From the human T2T-CHM13v2.0 reference genome, Homo sapiens: a DNA stretch of 64,000 nt. This document shows positions 49,690 through 62,169 of the stretch, piece by piece. The number at the start of each line of letters is the position of its first letter. The first letter of the stretch is position 1. A model generated the notes under the pieces. The model had not been told where the DNA came from and did not search any database. It worked only from the letters and a program-made list of their open reading frames with translations. The stretch is taken from NCBI RefSeq assembly GCF_009914755.1, contig NC_060931.1; one strand, 5' to 3'. Position numbers and translations under genes: made by a program.

Positions 49690-49800
49690 TCAGCAATTTT
49701 TTTAACTTTCTGACCTTCAATTTTATTTTCCCTTATCTGTGAAATAGGGATAATTCTCATATATTCTCCTCAAGGTTTTTGTGAGGATCAAATGTCAGAG
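49690..49800 (+). mobile_element. MIR
   Basis: 'tttcccttatctgtgaaatagggataat...gtgaggatcaaatg'. Confidence 0.65.
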
Positions 49801-51824
49801 TCTTTATCAGCACTTGAAGGCAGTGATGATATATACTAAGGTGAATCATTATTCTCTTCAATAAATTATCAACATCTACAAAACTGATGGTGACATAAAT
49901 GCAAAAAATGGTTTTGGAGTGATTTTGAAGAGAGAAATAACATAATGCTGGTGAGGTATTAGGTGGGAGAAAGTTAGGAGAGCTGAGAGATTAAAGTAGA
50001 CTCAGATACACGCACCAAAGATGAGAACTTGAATGATCACGAGCTAACATGGAGTCCAGAATGCGACTGTGAATAAAGAGGATGGGGAAGCCCAGGAAAA
50101 AGGAGAGCTGACCGAATGGCTCCAGCTTAATTTAATGAATACATTAGCTTCAGACAATAATGTCCAAGTATAGCCCTGTCTTCTCTTAGGGAATTCAAGG
50201 TCAAGTCTCTCAGTAATATCTGTAAGGGAATTGCTTTTACAGATAACCTGATAACACTAGGAAATAGGCTATAGGAACATGATGGATTAATTTTATGAAG
50301 CCCTAAGAAAGTTATTCATTTTATGATGAAATTTTCAAATACTTGAGATTTTTAATACATAGTCTATGTGCAAGAAATCATCATAACTTAGCATCATAAT
50401 AATTATGTGACCAAAAAGTGAAAAACATGTTTGTCATCTAGGTAGGAAGGATATTTACTCCAAATATCAGCAGAGCCAACTATTAAGTGCAGATTATGAA
50501 GGTATATAATATGGCAAATGTGGGAAGGTAGATGACAGAGGCTTAATCCTTTAAAGGAATACTGGAAAATCCAGGCAAAAAGGTTGGAGTCTACTAGTTT
50601 GGCTCATGGAATTAAAAAAAATAATATTAATAATTTTTGACAATTTATAAAACATGTTCACCATCACCGGTTGCCAAAGCACTTTCACAAGCTGGGGAGA
50701 AAAATGTTTCCTTTTTATGGTTAATTAAATTATTTGGCAAATTACATGCTCACAACTCAAAACTAGGTCTTTTCAATCCAAATGATTTATCTATGTTATT
50801 CTCCACCTCCTGGGATGTTTTAAGTAACCTCCTAAAATATCTCTCTTTCCATTAGCTGTCTCCTTAGTCTATCCTTTCTTTTGTTCCCTGATTAATCTTC
50901 ACCAATATACACCTCACTCTCATAGTCAAACACATTTATTTTGTTTAAAAAGAAAAAAAAAAGCCCAAACTCAGTAGTTGAGACAAACTTCCAAAAGTAA
51001 AAGCATTTATTACTCTCTAGCATGAACTTCATAACATACGTCTCCAATTCAGGGAAAGTAGTCTCCTGATCATCCACTGAACAAAGGAAGACTTTTGAGG
51101 TACCGAGACTCCATGATTGCTGTTACCAACCCTCTCAAAATCTGAATGAACCAACGATACCAGCTCAGCCTCATCTCCTCTGTGAAGCTATGTTGGAAAT
51201 ACTGGCTAATTGTTCATTCCTTATACATGAAATCTATTTTCATTGTACTCTTGGGCATGGGCCAGACATGGGGGACATGAAAAAAAGTTTTGTTTTTGTT
51301 GTTGTTAAGATTGATGAAAAGCCACTGAAATATTTTAAACAAGGGAGTGGCTTGTTTGGTTATGCTGAATCAAGGGTCACCAAGTTGAGCAGAAGAAAAC
51401 AATTATTGTCCACACAAGAAATGAACAGCTTGTGAAAGTGAATGCAATTCAATTTACTTCACAAAGCAATAGTACTTTCTTTAAATTTTGTACGCTTATT
51501 TCATTCAATAAAGTAATATTCAACTAAATTTTCTTTTTTAAAATAATTGGCATAAGCATGTCAGGGTTAAACCCAATGATTGTTGGTAGTTATAGAAGCC
51601 AGTTCATAGAGGCAGATGTTGATGAGTGTGTAAGAGAGTGGGACCAGCTGTAAGAAATTTGGGGTGCAGGAACCCCAGTCAGGATATTGCAGAGGAAAAG
51701 TGAATACTGGTCCCTTTGTTGAGTTTGGTTAAGAGGAATGTTTCAAAATTCTTTTTGAGGGGCTAACATGATTGATTTTCTCAAAGACAGATCCGAATTC
51801 ACCACCTACTCAATGTTAGTGACA

Positions 51825-52055
51825 GCAATGACAATAACAACAACACTAATAGTTCACATTTTTGAATCCTTACTCCCCTCTTCTAAGTGCTTCATGTAGA
51901 GCAATACCTCCTTTAATCCTCACATCAAACCTCAGCATTATTATTAAGTCTATTTTTCAAAGGAAGAGACCAAGGCAGAAAGTGGTTCAGTAACTTGCCC
52001 AAAGCTACCCATTTAAGCAGCAGAATCCTTAATTTAGACCTTATACCACTCTGCA
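51825..52055 (-). mobile_element. MIR
   Basis: 'ctaagtgcttcatg...tttaatcctcac...gaagagaccaaggcaga..ggttcagtaacttgcccaa'. Confidence 0.75.
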
Positions 52056-52646
52056 CTATTTCTTCCTAGTGTGTGTACTGCTATAGGAGTCTTTTATGGA
52101 ACCTGAACTAGCCTCACTCCTTTGACCCGTTTATAAAACAAACGCAACAAGCAAACATAAAGTTTCAGAGTAGTATTATCCCTGAAGAATGCATAGGAGA
52201 ATTTTTTGAAGAAATAAATGTCTTTGTTAAAAGCATGTAATATGGAAGAAGGCTAGGAGATCACCATGTCTAACCTTATTTTACAGGTATCTAAATTTCC
52301 CAAGCTAAAGTCGTCAGCCCTTGCTTTGCACTCTCCATCCCTCTTACCTCATGCAGAGGCAGGAAAGAGGTCCGCTGGAGGACAAAGTTCCACTACATGG
52401 CTTCTGCCTGGCTTTAAATTTTGTTTCCATAACATCCGGTCACCAAAAGCCACAATTAGCCTTTTTGCCTACGTGGCTTCAATTCCACAGCATTTGTAGC
52501 CACTTTCCCATTGTATCATCATGTTCTGGGAGACAACTTATACCAGTGTTTACCCTTTGGGAGACAAACTCATTTGCAAATACAGCCTAAGTGTTTGAGT
52601 TGTTGATTCCATACCTATATGCTTCTCTTCTATTAAATGTGTTCCA

Positions 52647-52725
52647 TGTGTCTCTTTCTCTCTCTATCTCATACACACACACACACACACACACACAGAC
52701 ACACACAGACACACAGACACACACA
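52647..52725. repeat. (CT)n-(CA)n compound microsatellite
   Basis: Direct reading. Confidence 0.93.
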
Positions 52726-53919
52726 ATGGGCCTGCTGTGACTAAACAGTTTACCTAGAGGCTCAGTGCTCTCATCCAGCTGACTTTTATACTTCCTCCTG
52801 ACTCTCAGTTCCATCTATAAGAATAAACGGAGCACACAGCATACTTTGTGTTAGAGTTTTTCTGCGATTCTTGCCAGGACAGGACCCAGACACAAACGAG
52901 ATGACAGGAGGGCCTATCATATCTTGGCTGAGAAAGTTCTGTTACTGTACAGTTTTAAAATTTCCTTTGCCATTTTTCAAATAAATATTAAGAGTTGAAA
53001 AGGAAATTTCTGTTTGCTTCTGTACCGGACTCTCCCTGGGAAAGAAATGCTGTCAAGTTGTTTTTTACATGCATCACTATCTGAGAAAAACATCAGCAGG
53101 TGAAAAGAAGAAAAACTAGCAAAGAGTGTGAACCCTGGGGGTTATACAGAAGAAGATATCAGCAAATTTAGTGTAAGGAAAAAAACAGGAATTAACCAGT
53201 GTCTTTCCTTAGGAAGGCAAAGATCTTAGACTGCCTATGGGTACCAACCACTTTTAGATATTTGCATGTTACTTACTGTATGTATAGCATTTACTGTTTG
53301 CAAGCTATCTGCACAATCTCTCTGGCATCTTACCAGAAATGTCAAAACTAGAAAGAGCATTTGGCATTAAGCATAATTTGAAAATAAAAACAGTTGTAAG
53401 AAGGTTGTGATTTATGGCTATCAAAGATTTGGATTTTTTTAATGAAATCTGAGCCTGTTCTCTGACATGAAGAGGCTTGTCTTGGTGAGTTTTGCCCTTT
53501 GACCTCTTTGAACTGTACCTTGCTTGTCTCTCATAGACATCATGGTTGGCTGAAAAATTTAGTGTCTCACATCAAAGTAGATTCATGTTCCTAGAGAGGC
53601 TGTTATGTCCTGGGAAAGTGAACTTTCCACTAGACTCCTAACAGTGGGAAAAGAAATGTTAGAAATCATAAAAATTACAGTATCTCTAATCCCTTGATAC
53701 TTGATAGTTTTATGAAAATAAAGTATTTTGGTTAATGTTACCTTTTAACTCAGAATCAGACATGGCTATTTATTGATTGACTTCCTTGATGTTTCCCTAT
53801 GAGAGAAGACTTTGCCACTTCTTTTTGGAGCTGTCATCATAGACCCATAGTTGGTCCTCCAGTTTCCAGATTCTCCCTCTGAGACCTGAATTGTATACTG
53901 CTGCTATATGGAATCATGC

Positions 53920-54445
53920 CACTTTCCTGTTAAAAATGCTACATAGCTTCCTATAACTTTTAGATTAAGCCAAACTTAGCTAATCATGACCAAAGAAAAC
54001 AAGACCAAACAAAGAAGACTTTTGTCATACAAAACCCTCCTTTCTTCAGAATCCCTCTTGTTCCCCTCTCTTAATATGTATGGTCTCTTACTCAACTTAT
54101 AGACTGTCTCCTGTTTCCATGTTATGCCCATACCCTCTCCTGATAATTCTTTCCTCTTTTACTGCTTGACTCTGTCTCATTGGCCCTTGAGAATTTATTT
54201 CACACTTCATGGACTCCAGGAAGTCCACAGTTTGCTTTAGGTGTTCTGTGTTTTCTATGTATTTTGTGTGCCTTCATAGAAACTGTTGAACTGGTGTGGT
54301 GGTTAGTTTGCTTTCTGCTTTTCCCTGAGGGAATGTGATATTCTTTATGACAAGAGCATTTCATACTTATCGAATTATCTCCAGCATCAGCATTAGTGCC
54401 TGGCATTCAAAGATGCTCAATAAGGTTTATGGAATTAAATTAATT
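53920..54445 (+). mobile_element. L2 fragment
   Basis: 'atcatgccactttcctgttaaaa' ... 3' end 'agtgcctggcattcaaagatgctcaataa'. Confidence 0.6.
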
Positions 54446-55094
54446 TTCCAAATGTGTAATATTTTCTGTCTTTGGCTCAAAGCATAGAGGGCACAATTAA
54501 ATCTATTTCCCGAGAGTAAAAAAAAATAAGGGTTTATCTGGATTGACGTTAAGCATACTACAAATTACTAGAGGCAGAGTTGGACAAAGTGAGGTAGCAC
54601 AGGCTTAAGTTTAAGGAGTAAAAGGGGCAATGAAGCTGTGGAAAATTGTTAAATTTCAACAATAAATGATAACAAAATGTGAATGTGAGTGTTCTTGTTT
54701 TATAGCACAAAAATCAGATCACCCAGAAATTCCAGAAGTTTCTCAGTCTGATATTAAAGTGAATATGTATTAAAGTGAGGGAAGTGCAGATACCCCACAT
54801 AATGAATTGTTCAAATACATTTCGGCAAGTGAAGTATCTTAAACACAATGACCACTTCCTGGGAATGAACTCCTTCTAGGCTGTTCCTAATAGTCGTGGG
54901 GATGTTGGTCATTACCAAATTAACTGGGGCAAATTATTAAGTCACTCTGAGAAAAAAAAATTCTCATTTATAAAATTGGGGGATTTGAATTTGATGATTC
55001 TTAGGTTCGCAAACAACTCTGAGCTTTGTGGAGTATGCAATTCTAATCATGGAGAGGTGCCTCAGCCATAATCAGGAAGCCAAACCATTCAACC

Positions 55095-55670
55095 TCCTCT
55101 TTAATTCTTAAGTAATGTCAGGCACTGTCATCTGCAATTTACATTTATGACCCAGTATAATCTTCAGATAAACCCCATAAAAAGGTTATTATTTTCCTCA
55201 TTTTACAAGTAACCGAAGTCCAGAATGTTGAAATGAATTGCAAAATTTTTGTAGCTATTTAGTTTTCAAAACTATTTGACAGCCTCTCTGGATAAAATTT
55301 ATATTAGGTTCAGAAATATAGCAAAGTTATGTTTTCAAAGAGATTTATTTTCAAAACAATAATACTGTTAATAGTGATAAAAATAACAACCACAATGTTA
55401 CCTGTGCCGGTGGACAGGTCTTCTCTGGAATCTTGATGCTGGCAGCCACCTGACCTCCCAACATGGATGAGCATTTATCGAGCAAGCCTTGCCTATCCCA
55501 TCCTGCGCTAGTCACGCATGAGTACCTCTCTGATTTCCTATTCATGACACACTGTCTGTGAGATGTGCTATTTCCATTTGCCAGTTGAAATGTCACTTAA
55601 CCACTCAGAGTCTCAGATTTCTCATCTATGAAATAAAATAGCTCAATGAGATTCATCTTTAAGATTTCTT
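55095..55670. mobile_element. MIR fragments (minus ~55095-55270; plus ~55560-55670)
   Basis: 'ttattattttcctcattttaca' and 'gtcacttaaccactcagagtctcagatttctcatctatgaaat'. Confidence 0.55.
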
Positions 55671-56372
55671 GCAGCTATTATATTAAGCTAATAAATTTGC
55701 ATTTTAATTACAGCCAAACCCTTAGGCTTAAGATTTGTAAATATATTCTGACTTTTGGGTAGGGAATATTCACTCATTTGCTAAACCACATGGAAAAATG
55801 GGGTTGCTACTTACCTTTGTAAATTAATAAAATATACTTTTAACAAAGTTACACATCTGCGCTCTTTTCTTGTCAATCCTGGAGTTAGAAACCATATTAA
55901 AATTACCCCAACTGAGTTACTAAGCATACAAAGATTAACTATCCCTCATTTTAAATATTAGCTAGCTAATAGCACTAAGATAAGCAAATTAGACAGACAT
56001 GATAAATGGAATCCGAAAATAAAAGGAACAGCAAACTACCACATAAAATTTTCATTTTACTAAGTATAGGTTTCCTATAGTCTGACTTTAAGTCTTTTAT
56101 TCTTCATAACTGCCAGCTTTTACACTTGGAGAAACAAGAAACACATTTCACCTAGGAAATGTTTTTTAATGCCGAATACTGATTGGCAGAGCACAGTGAA
56201 ATGACTCTCATGGCATCTGCATGTTTCTAGTCTGCTTCTACAGGGGCTCCTTAGATTTCTCTCTGAGTATAGATGAAGTTTTCTAATTAATTTCCCTTTC
56301 TCCATCATTGCCCCGTCAGAATCTACCATAAATGTTATCCCATGATTAGCATATGTGTCACTTTGTTGATTT

Positions 56373-56411
56373 ACACACACACACATACATACACACACAC
56401 ACACACACACC
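56373..56411. repeat. (CA)n microsatellite
   Basis: Direct reading. Confidence 0.93.
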
Positions 56412-56601
56412 CCTCCAGTGGATCCCTATGGAGTGCAGAACGAGGTCCATCATCCTGATACAGATGTTCAAGGTCTTCACATTGACCATGGTTAAATTAT
56501 TATCCCATCTCCAGACCTCTGGTCCTTTTCTGCTTTTTTTCTTATGTACTCAACTCTGTACCAAAGTACTCAATGCTAATGACACATACCAATTGTATTT
56601 C

Positions 56602-56980
56602 CAGTGTTATGTTGCAGCTGGCTTGTGCCAGCTCACAAGAACTGATTACTACAGTTTTCAAATTTTGTGATCCAGCTGTAAACACAATTCATCATTAGAA
56701 ATTAAATTATATAAACTTGCAATTAAATCAATTTAAAGAAATAGTAATGCGTGCTCAGTAGTCATAACTTTCAAATTATTTTATACCCTTCACTGTTGTC
56801 TAAGCTGTTGAGGTATCTGCAATACTATATAATGGTGTACTACCATTCCTCACTGCTCAATGCAATAGTTAGTGAAATCACAATTAAATTGGCATGATGG
56901 GGTAATTGCATCATGGAAATTGACCACCAATGCTACAATTCAGTTTTTTCTTCCTTCCAGAGAGACAGCTGCTGAAGTTT
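56602..56980 (+). mobile_element. MER63-like hAT-Blackjack DNA transposon
   Basis: 'cagtgttatgttgcagctggcttgtgccagctcacaaga...aaattaaattatataaacttgcaattaaat...aatactatataatggtgt'. Confidence 0.75.
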
Positions 56981-57420
56981 CTGTTTGTCTCTTACAGCCA
57001 CCAGTTAATGAATCAGCATGTATCTGAACTACATTGGCATGCTTTCTGTTAACTTTATGAAAATAGCACAGTAGGAAGTGATATCAACTGTTTATAGATG
57101 ACAACACAGAATTTCAGTCAAACAACTTTCCCAGCTCTAGAGTAGGAAGTGGGGCCAGGGTGAAAGAGAAGGTTTGTTTCACTTCAAGATCCATAGGCAA
57201 CAGATGCCAAGAGTGGCAGTGGTGGATTGGAGAAAGGCACTAGGGTTTGTGAGACTGGTTTTAAGCAGGATATTGAACAACGTATTTTACTTTGTATTGT
57301 GATTTTTCCTGAGGACAAGATGAAATGTGAGCTGAGTGAGAACACAAAGAACAGGATTTATCAGGGTTGGATTACTATAATCCAGTCATCGTTCCATCTG
57401 TCATTGATTAATTTTGTAGA

Positions 57421-57598
57421 GAAGTGGTTCTCGAACTGTGCGAATCAGTTACTTGCAAAGCTTGTGGAAACACAGATTTACGGGCCCCAGCCCATGAATC
57501 TGTAGGGTTCAGTAGGTCTCGGGAGCCTGAGAATTTGCATTTCTCACAAGCCCAGCTGATGTTGATGGGTGGGTCCAGCCACACCTTGAGCATCACTG
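57421..57598. mobile_element. MER5A MITE
   Basis: 'agtggttctcgaact...aaacacagatt..gggcccca...tcagtaggtct..gcctgagaatttgcatttct...ttgagcatcactg'. Confidence 0.85.
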
Positions 57599-59082
57599 CT
57601 CTCCTGCACATGCATGTGATCTGCCTGACCTGTACAATCATCCTATGTGGGCTGGGATTTGAAGATTTACTAAAATTTTTATATTCATAAATGACAAGAG
57701 CTTTGTTTATAAAAGCAGATCATTTATATTTTGAACAACATAATTTGGACCCAAATGTTGTTTCAAACACAGGAAATATGATCTAATTATAAACAAGTTA
57801 AATAAGTGGATAAAAATGTAAAGTTCTGGCTTTATATTTTTTTTCTAATGGGCATTTTGTTTCTGTTCTTGTCATAGTGCTCAAAATGTTTCACTGTAGA
57901 ATGCAGCTCAGGCTCAGAAAATAACAATTAGTTTGTTAACAGTTTTAGGTGACTACCAAAACAAGTCATACCCTCTTAATCTCCAAGATGAAAAGGGCAG
58001 CTTGTATCTTGGAAGCATATATTGGTGGAGAGCTGCCCACATTTACAGCTTACACCAAAGTGTGTGGGAGTTTGTCTTTTTATATGAGAAGTGGAGAAGG
58101 GAGTATCCCATTCCAGAATCGGGTTTCTTATGATTTAGAACATAGCAGGGGAAGCTAAAAGAAAAGGAGACAGAACAAGAGTTACTAAAAGGTGAATGTG
58201 AATGATCAAAAGTCAACTTTAAAATATAGAGTGACAGTTTGCATTCCTAAACTACTCAAAGAGACAACTTTGACCAATAACAGAGGAAATACAGGGCATA
58301 CAACTCTGTGTTTGTCATTCAGATTTCTCTCTGCTCCAGCCAGCCAGGAGCACACGCACACTCCCTGAGTGGAGGATTGCTGACAAAATCCAAATGACCT
58401 CTTCCTAAAACCCCCAAAGAGATATTGAGACCAGAGTAGTTGTTCCAGGGCCAAAGTAGAAAGATCTGGGGTCACATGGAATGGACTGAAAGAAGTGGGA
58501 GAGAAGAGAAGCTTTTTTTCCCCATAATTTCCCAGAACATTATATAGTTTTCAGTGTCTCCACACTGAATATTACCAGAAAATATACACTGGTACCTTGA
58601 GGAACCCAAAAGCCTGTGCACCATCAGAGGAAACAGTGTCCGGGTGAAAATAACCTACTGCCTTTAGGTGATAACCTGCGAGAAGTTACTGGTATTTATT
58701 TAATGAAGCAGTTTTTGAGGCACTTTCATTTCTATACCTAACAAATTTTTGTTTGTGTACATTTTTGGGTTTTTGTGTTTTATTATTTTGGATTTGTTTG
58801 TTTTGTTTTCCTTATTTTCTCAAGTTCCAGCCACTGTTGGGTACATGGATAGATGGCAAATATTAAAGCAACAGGGTTCTTTTTTTCTTGGAGTTGGCAT
58901 TCTATTGGAAGAGATTGATGATTAACCAAGCCACACAATGAAGTATCCCAGACTACAGGAGCTCCTAGAAAGACTAAGTGTTCCATCAAGGGGGGCTTCA
59001 GGCAGCTCTGAAGACAGCGAAAGAATCTGTAACAGGCATGACTGAAAGGTAAAGAACAAAAGAAGAAGTTTAAAGCTACCAG

Positions 59083-60893
59083 ATCACAAGCATTCCTATA
59101 CACCAATAACAGACAAACAGAGAGCCAAATCATGAGTGAACTCCCATTCACAATTGCTACAAAAAAAAAAAATACCTAGGAATACAGCTTAAAAGGGATG
59201 TGAAGGACCTCTTCAAGGATAACTACAAACCACTGCTCAAGGAAATAAGAGAAGACACAAACAAATGGAAAAACATTCCATGCTCATGGATTGGAAAAAT
59301 CAATATTGTGAAAATGGCCATACTGCCCAAAGTAATTTATAGATTCAATGCTATCCCCATCAAGCTACCATTGACTTTCTTCACAGAATTAGAAAAAACT
59401 ACTTTAAATTTCATATTGAACCAAAGAAGAGCCCACATAGCCAAGACAATCCTATGAAAAAGAACAAATCTGGAGGCATCACGCTACTTGACTTCAAACT
59501 ATACTAAAATGCTACAGTAAACAAAATAGCAAGGTACTGGTACCAATACAGATATATAGACCCAGTGGAATAGAACAGAGGCCTCAGAAATAATGCCACA
59601 CATCTACAACCATCTCATCTTTGACAAACCTGACAAAAACAAGCAATAGGGGAAGGATTCCCTATTTAATAAATGGTGTTGGGAAAACTGGCTAGCCATA
59701 TGCAGAAAACTGAAACTGGACCCCTTCCTTACATTTTATACAAAAATTAACTCAAGATGGATTAAAGACTTAAATGTAAGACCTAAAATCATAAAAACCC
59801 TAGAAGAAAACTTAGGCAATACCATTCAGGACATAGGCATGGGCAAAGACTCCATGACTAAAACACCAAAAGCAATGGCAACAAAAGCCAAAATTGACAA
59901 ATGGGATCTAATTAAGGTAAAGAGCTTCTGCACAGCAAAAGAAACTATCCTCAGAGTGAACAGGCAACCTACAGAATGGGAGAAAATTTTTGTAATCTAT
60001 CCTTCTGACAAAGGGCTAATATCCAGAATCTACAAAGAACTTAAACAAATTTACAAGGAAAAAAACAAACAACCCCATCAAAGAGTGGGTGAAGGATATG
60101 AACAGACACTTATCAAAAGAAGACATTTATGCAGCCAACAAACATATGAAAAAAAGCTCATCATCACTTGTCATTAGAGAAATGCAAATCAAATCCACAA
60201 TGAGATACCACCTCATGCCAGTAAGAATGGTGATCATTAACAAGTCGGAGAACAACAGATGTGGAGAAACAGGAATGCTTTTGTACTGTGGGTGGGAGTG
60301 TAAATTAGTCCAACCATTGTGGAAGACAGTGGGGCGATTCCTCAAGGATCTAGAACCAGAAATACCATTTGACCCAGCAATCCCATTACTGGGTACATAC
60401 CCAAAGGATTATAAATCATTCTACTATGAAGGCACATCCACAAGTATGTTTATTGCGGTACTGTTCACAATAGCAAAGACTTGGAACCAACCCAAATGCA
60501 CACCAATGATAGACTGGAAAAAGAAAATGTAGCACATATACACCATGGAACACTATGTAGTCATAAAAATGATAAGTTCATGTCCTTTGCAGGGACATAG
60601 TTGAAGCTAGAAGCCATCATTCTCAGCAAACTAACACAAGAACAGAAAACCAAACACCACGTGTTCTCACTCACAAGTGGGAGTTGAACAATGAGAACAC
60701 ATGGACACAGGGAGGGGAATATCACACACCAGGTCCTGTCGGGGTGGGGAGCTAGGGGAGGGATATAATTAGGAGAAATATCTAATGTAGATGACAGGTT
60801 GATGGCTGCAGCAAACCACCATGGCACGTGTATACCTATGTAACAAACCTGCACGTTCTGCACATGTACCCCAGAACTAAAAGTATTTGAAAA
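59083..60893 (+). mobile_element. 5'-truncated L1PA7-like element: 3' part of ORF2, 3'UTR and short A-tail
   Basis: ORFs 59200..59457, 59839..60177 and 60089..60532 are frameshifted ORF2p pieces ([30 protein letters not shown]); 11-bp TSD aaagctaccag 59072-59082 / 60894-60904 at a TTT|AAAG site. Confidence 0.95.
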
Positions 60894-60959
60894 AAAGCTA
60901 CCAGGAAGGCAAGATATATTACTCAAAATATAACAACATATTCATATTAAGTATCAGTT

Positions 60960-61180
60960 TATTATGTATTGCCCTTTCTTGGTTTCTGATATTTTGTTTA
61001 TGAATTTTGCACTCATATTCATAAGTAAGATTGAGCTGCAGTTTTCCTTTGTTGTTGGGTTTCGGTACAAAGGATATGCAGACCTCGTGAAACCAATTGA
61101 GAGTTTAGACTTACTCTTTTTCTATTCTTAGAATTGTTTGATCAACTTGGTTATTTCTAATGGAACTAATTGATACAGTT
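60960..61180 (-). mobile_element. Ancient L1 ORF2 fragment
   Basis: 'gaattttgcactcatattcataagt.agattg..ctgcagttttcctt' resembles antisense ORF2. Confidence 0.55.
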
Positions 61181-61189
61181 CAACAGAGG

Positions 61190-62075
61190 ACCATTTGTCA
61201 ACATATCAAATCATATGACACCATACCATTCCACACATCACAACATACTATAACAAACCTCCTCACACCCATCCACACCAGCCACATCATCTCATACCAC
61301 ACCATACCAATCCATATAATACCACATGATACTATAGCACACCACACAAGACCACAACACACCACACCAATCTATATCTTACCATATCATGCCATACCAC
61401 ACCACATAACACAATACCATACTACATACAACACCACACCACGTAACACCACAACACATAGCACCACATCACATAACATCATACCATACCATACCATAGC
61501 ATAGCATACCACACCAATCCATATTGTACCACATCATACCATACCATACCACATCACATAATACCACGCCATACTATACCATACCATACCATGTTATACC
61601 ACATCACATAACACTACACACCATCGTACTGTACTATACCATACCATACCACACCATTTCATAGTATACCACATCATACCATACCACACAACACCTCATA
61701 ACACCACACTACACCACATAACGCCATAATATATCAAACCATGCTATATCATACCACACCAATCCATATCATACCACACTGTACCAAATAACACCATTAA
61801 TATCATTATACTATACTATACTATACTATACTATACTATACTATACTATACTATACTATAATACCATTATCCTATACCAAATAACACCATATAATACCAT
61901 TATACCACACTATACCAAATAACACCATACTATACCACATAACACCACATGATACAACACCACAGCATACCATACCACATCACAATGCAACACACAACAC
62001 CAATACTCACCACATCACACCACTCCACACGGCACACTCTTTATACCGTAGAGTATAATACCACACCATACTATG
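61190..62075. repeat. Degenerate 5-bp-period tandem array (CACCA/TACCA)n with a pure (TATAC)10 core at 61807-61860
   Basis: Direct reading; almost no G on the + strand. Confidence 0.93.
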
Positions 62076-62169
62076 CAAATGTAACACTCATTAAGTCTAA
62101 AGCATCACTTAGTGAATTATCAGCAATTGTGAACTCTATTAATTTAGTGGAGGGTATGGACAAAAAGAA

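Noticed and set aside
59200-60532. ORFs with clear protein similarity (also 2890..3330) as functional genes
   Set aside because: They are frameshifted, stop-interrupted pieces of 5'-truncated L1 ORF2, with no promoter, ORF1 or endonuclease domain.
61160-61504. His/Thr/Pro-rich 114-aa ORF (and 61949..62203) as a metal-binding or mucin-like protein
   Set aside because: It is a translation of the G-poor pentamer repeat, which is depleted of TGA/TAG stops; there is no other coding evidence.
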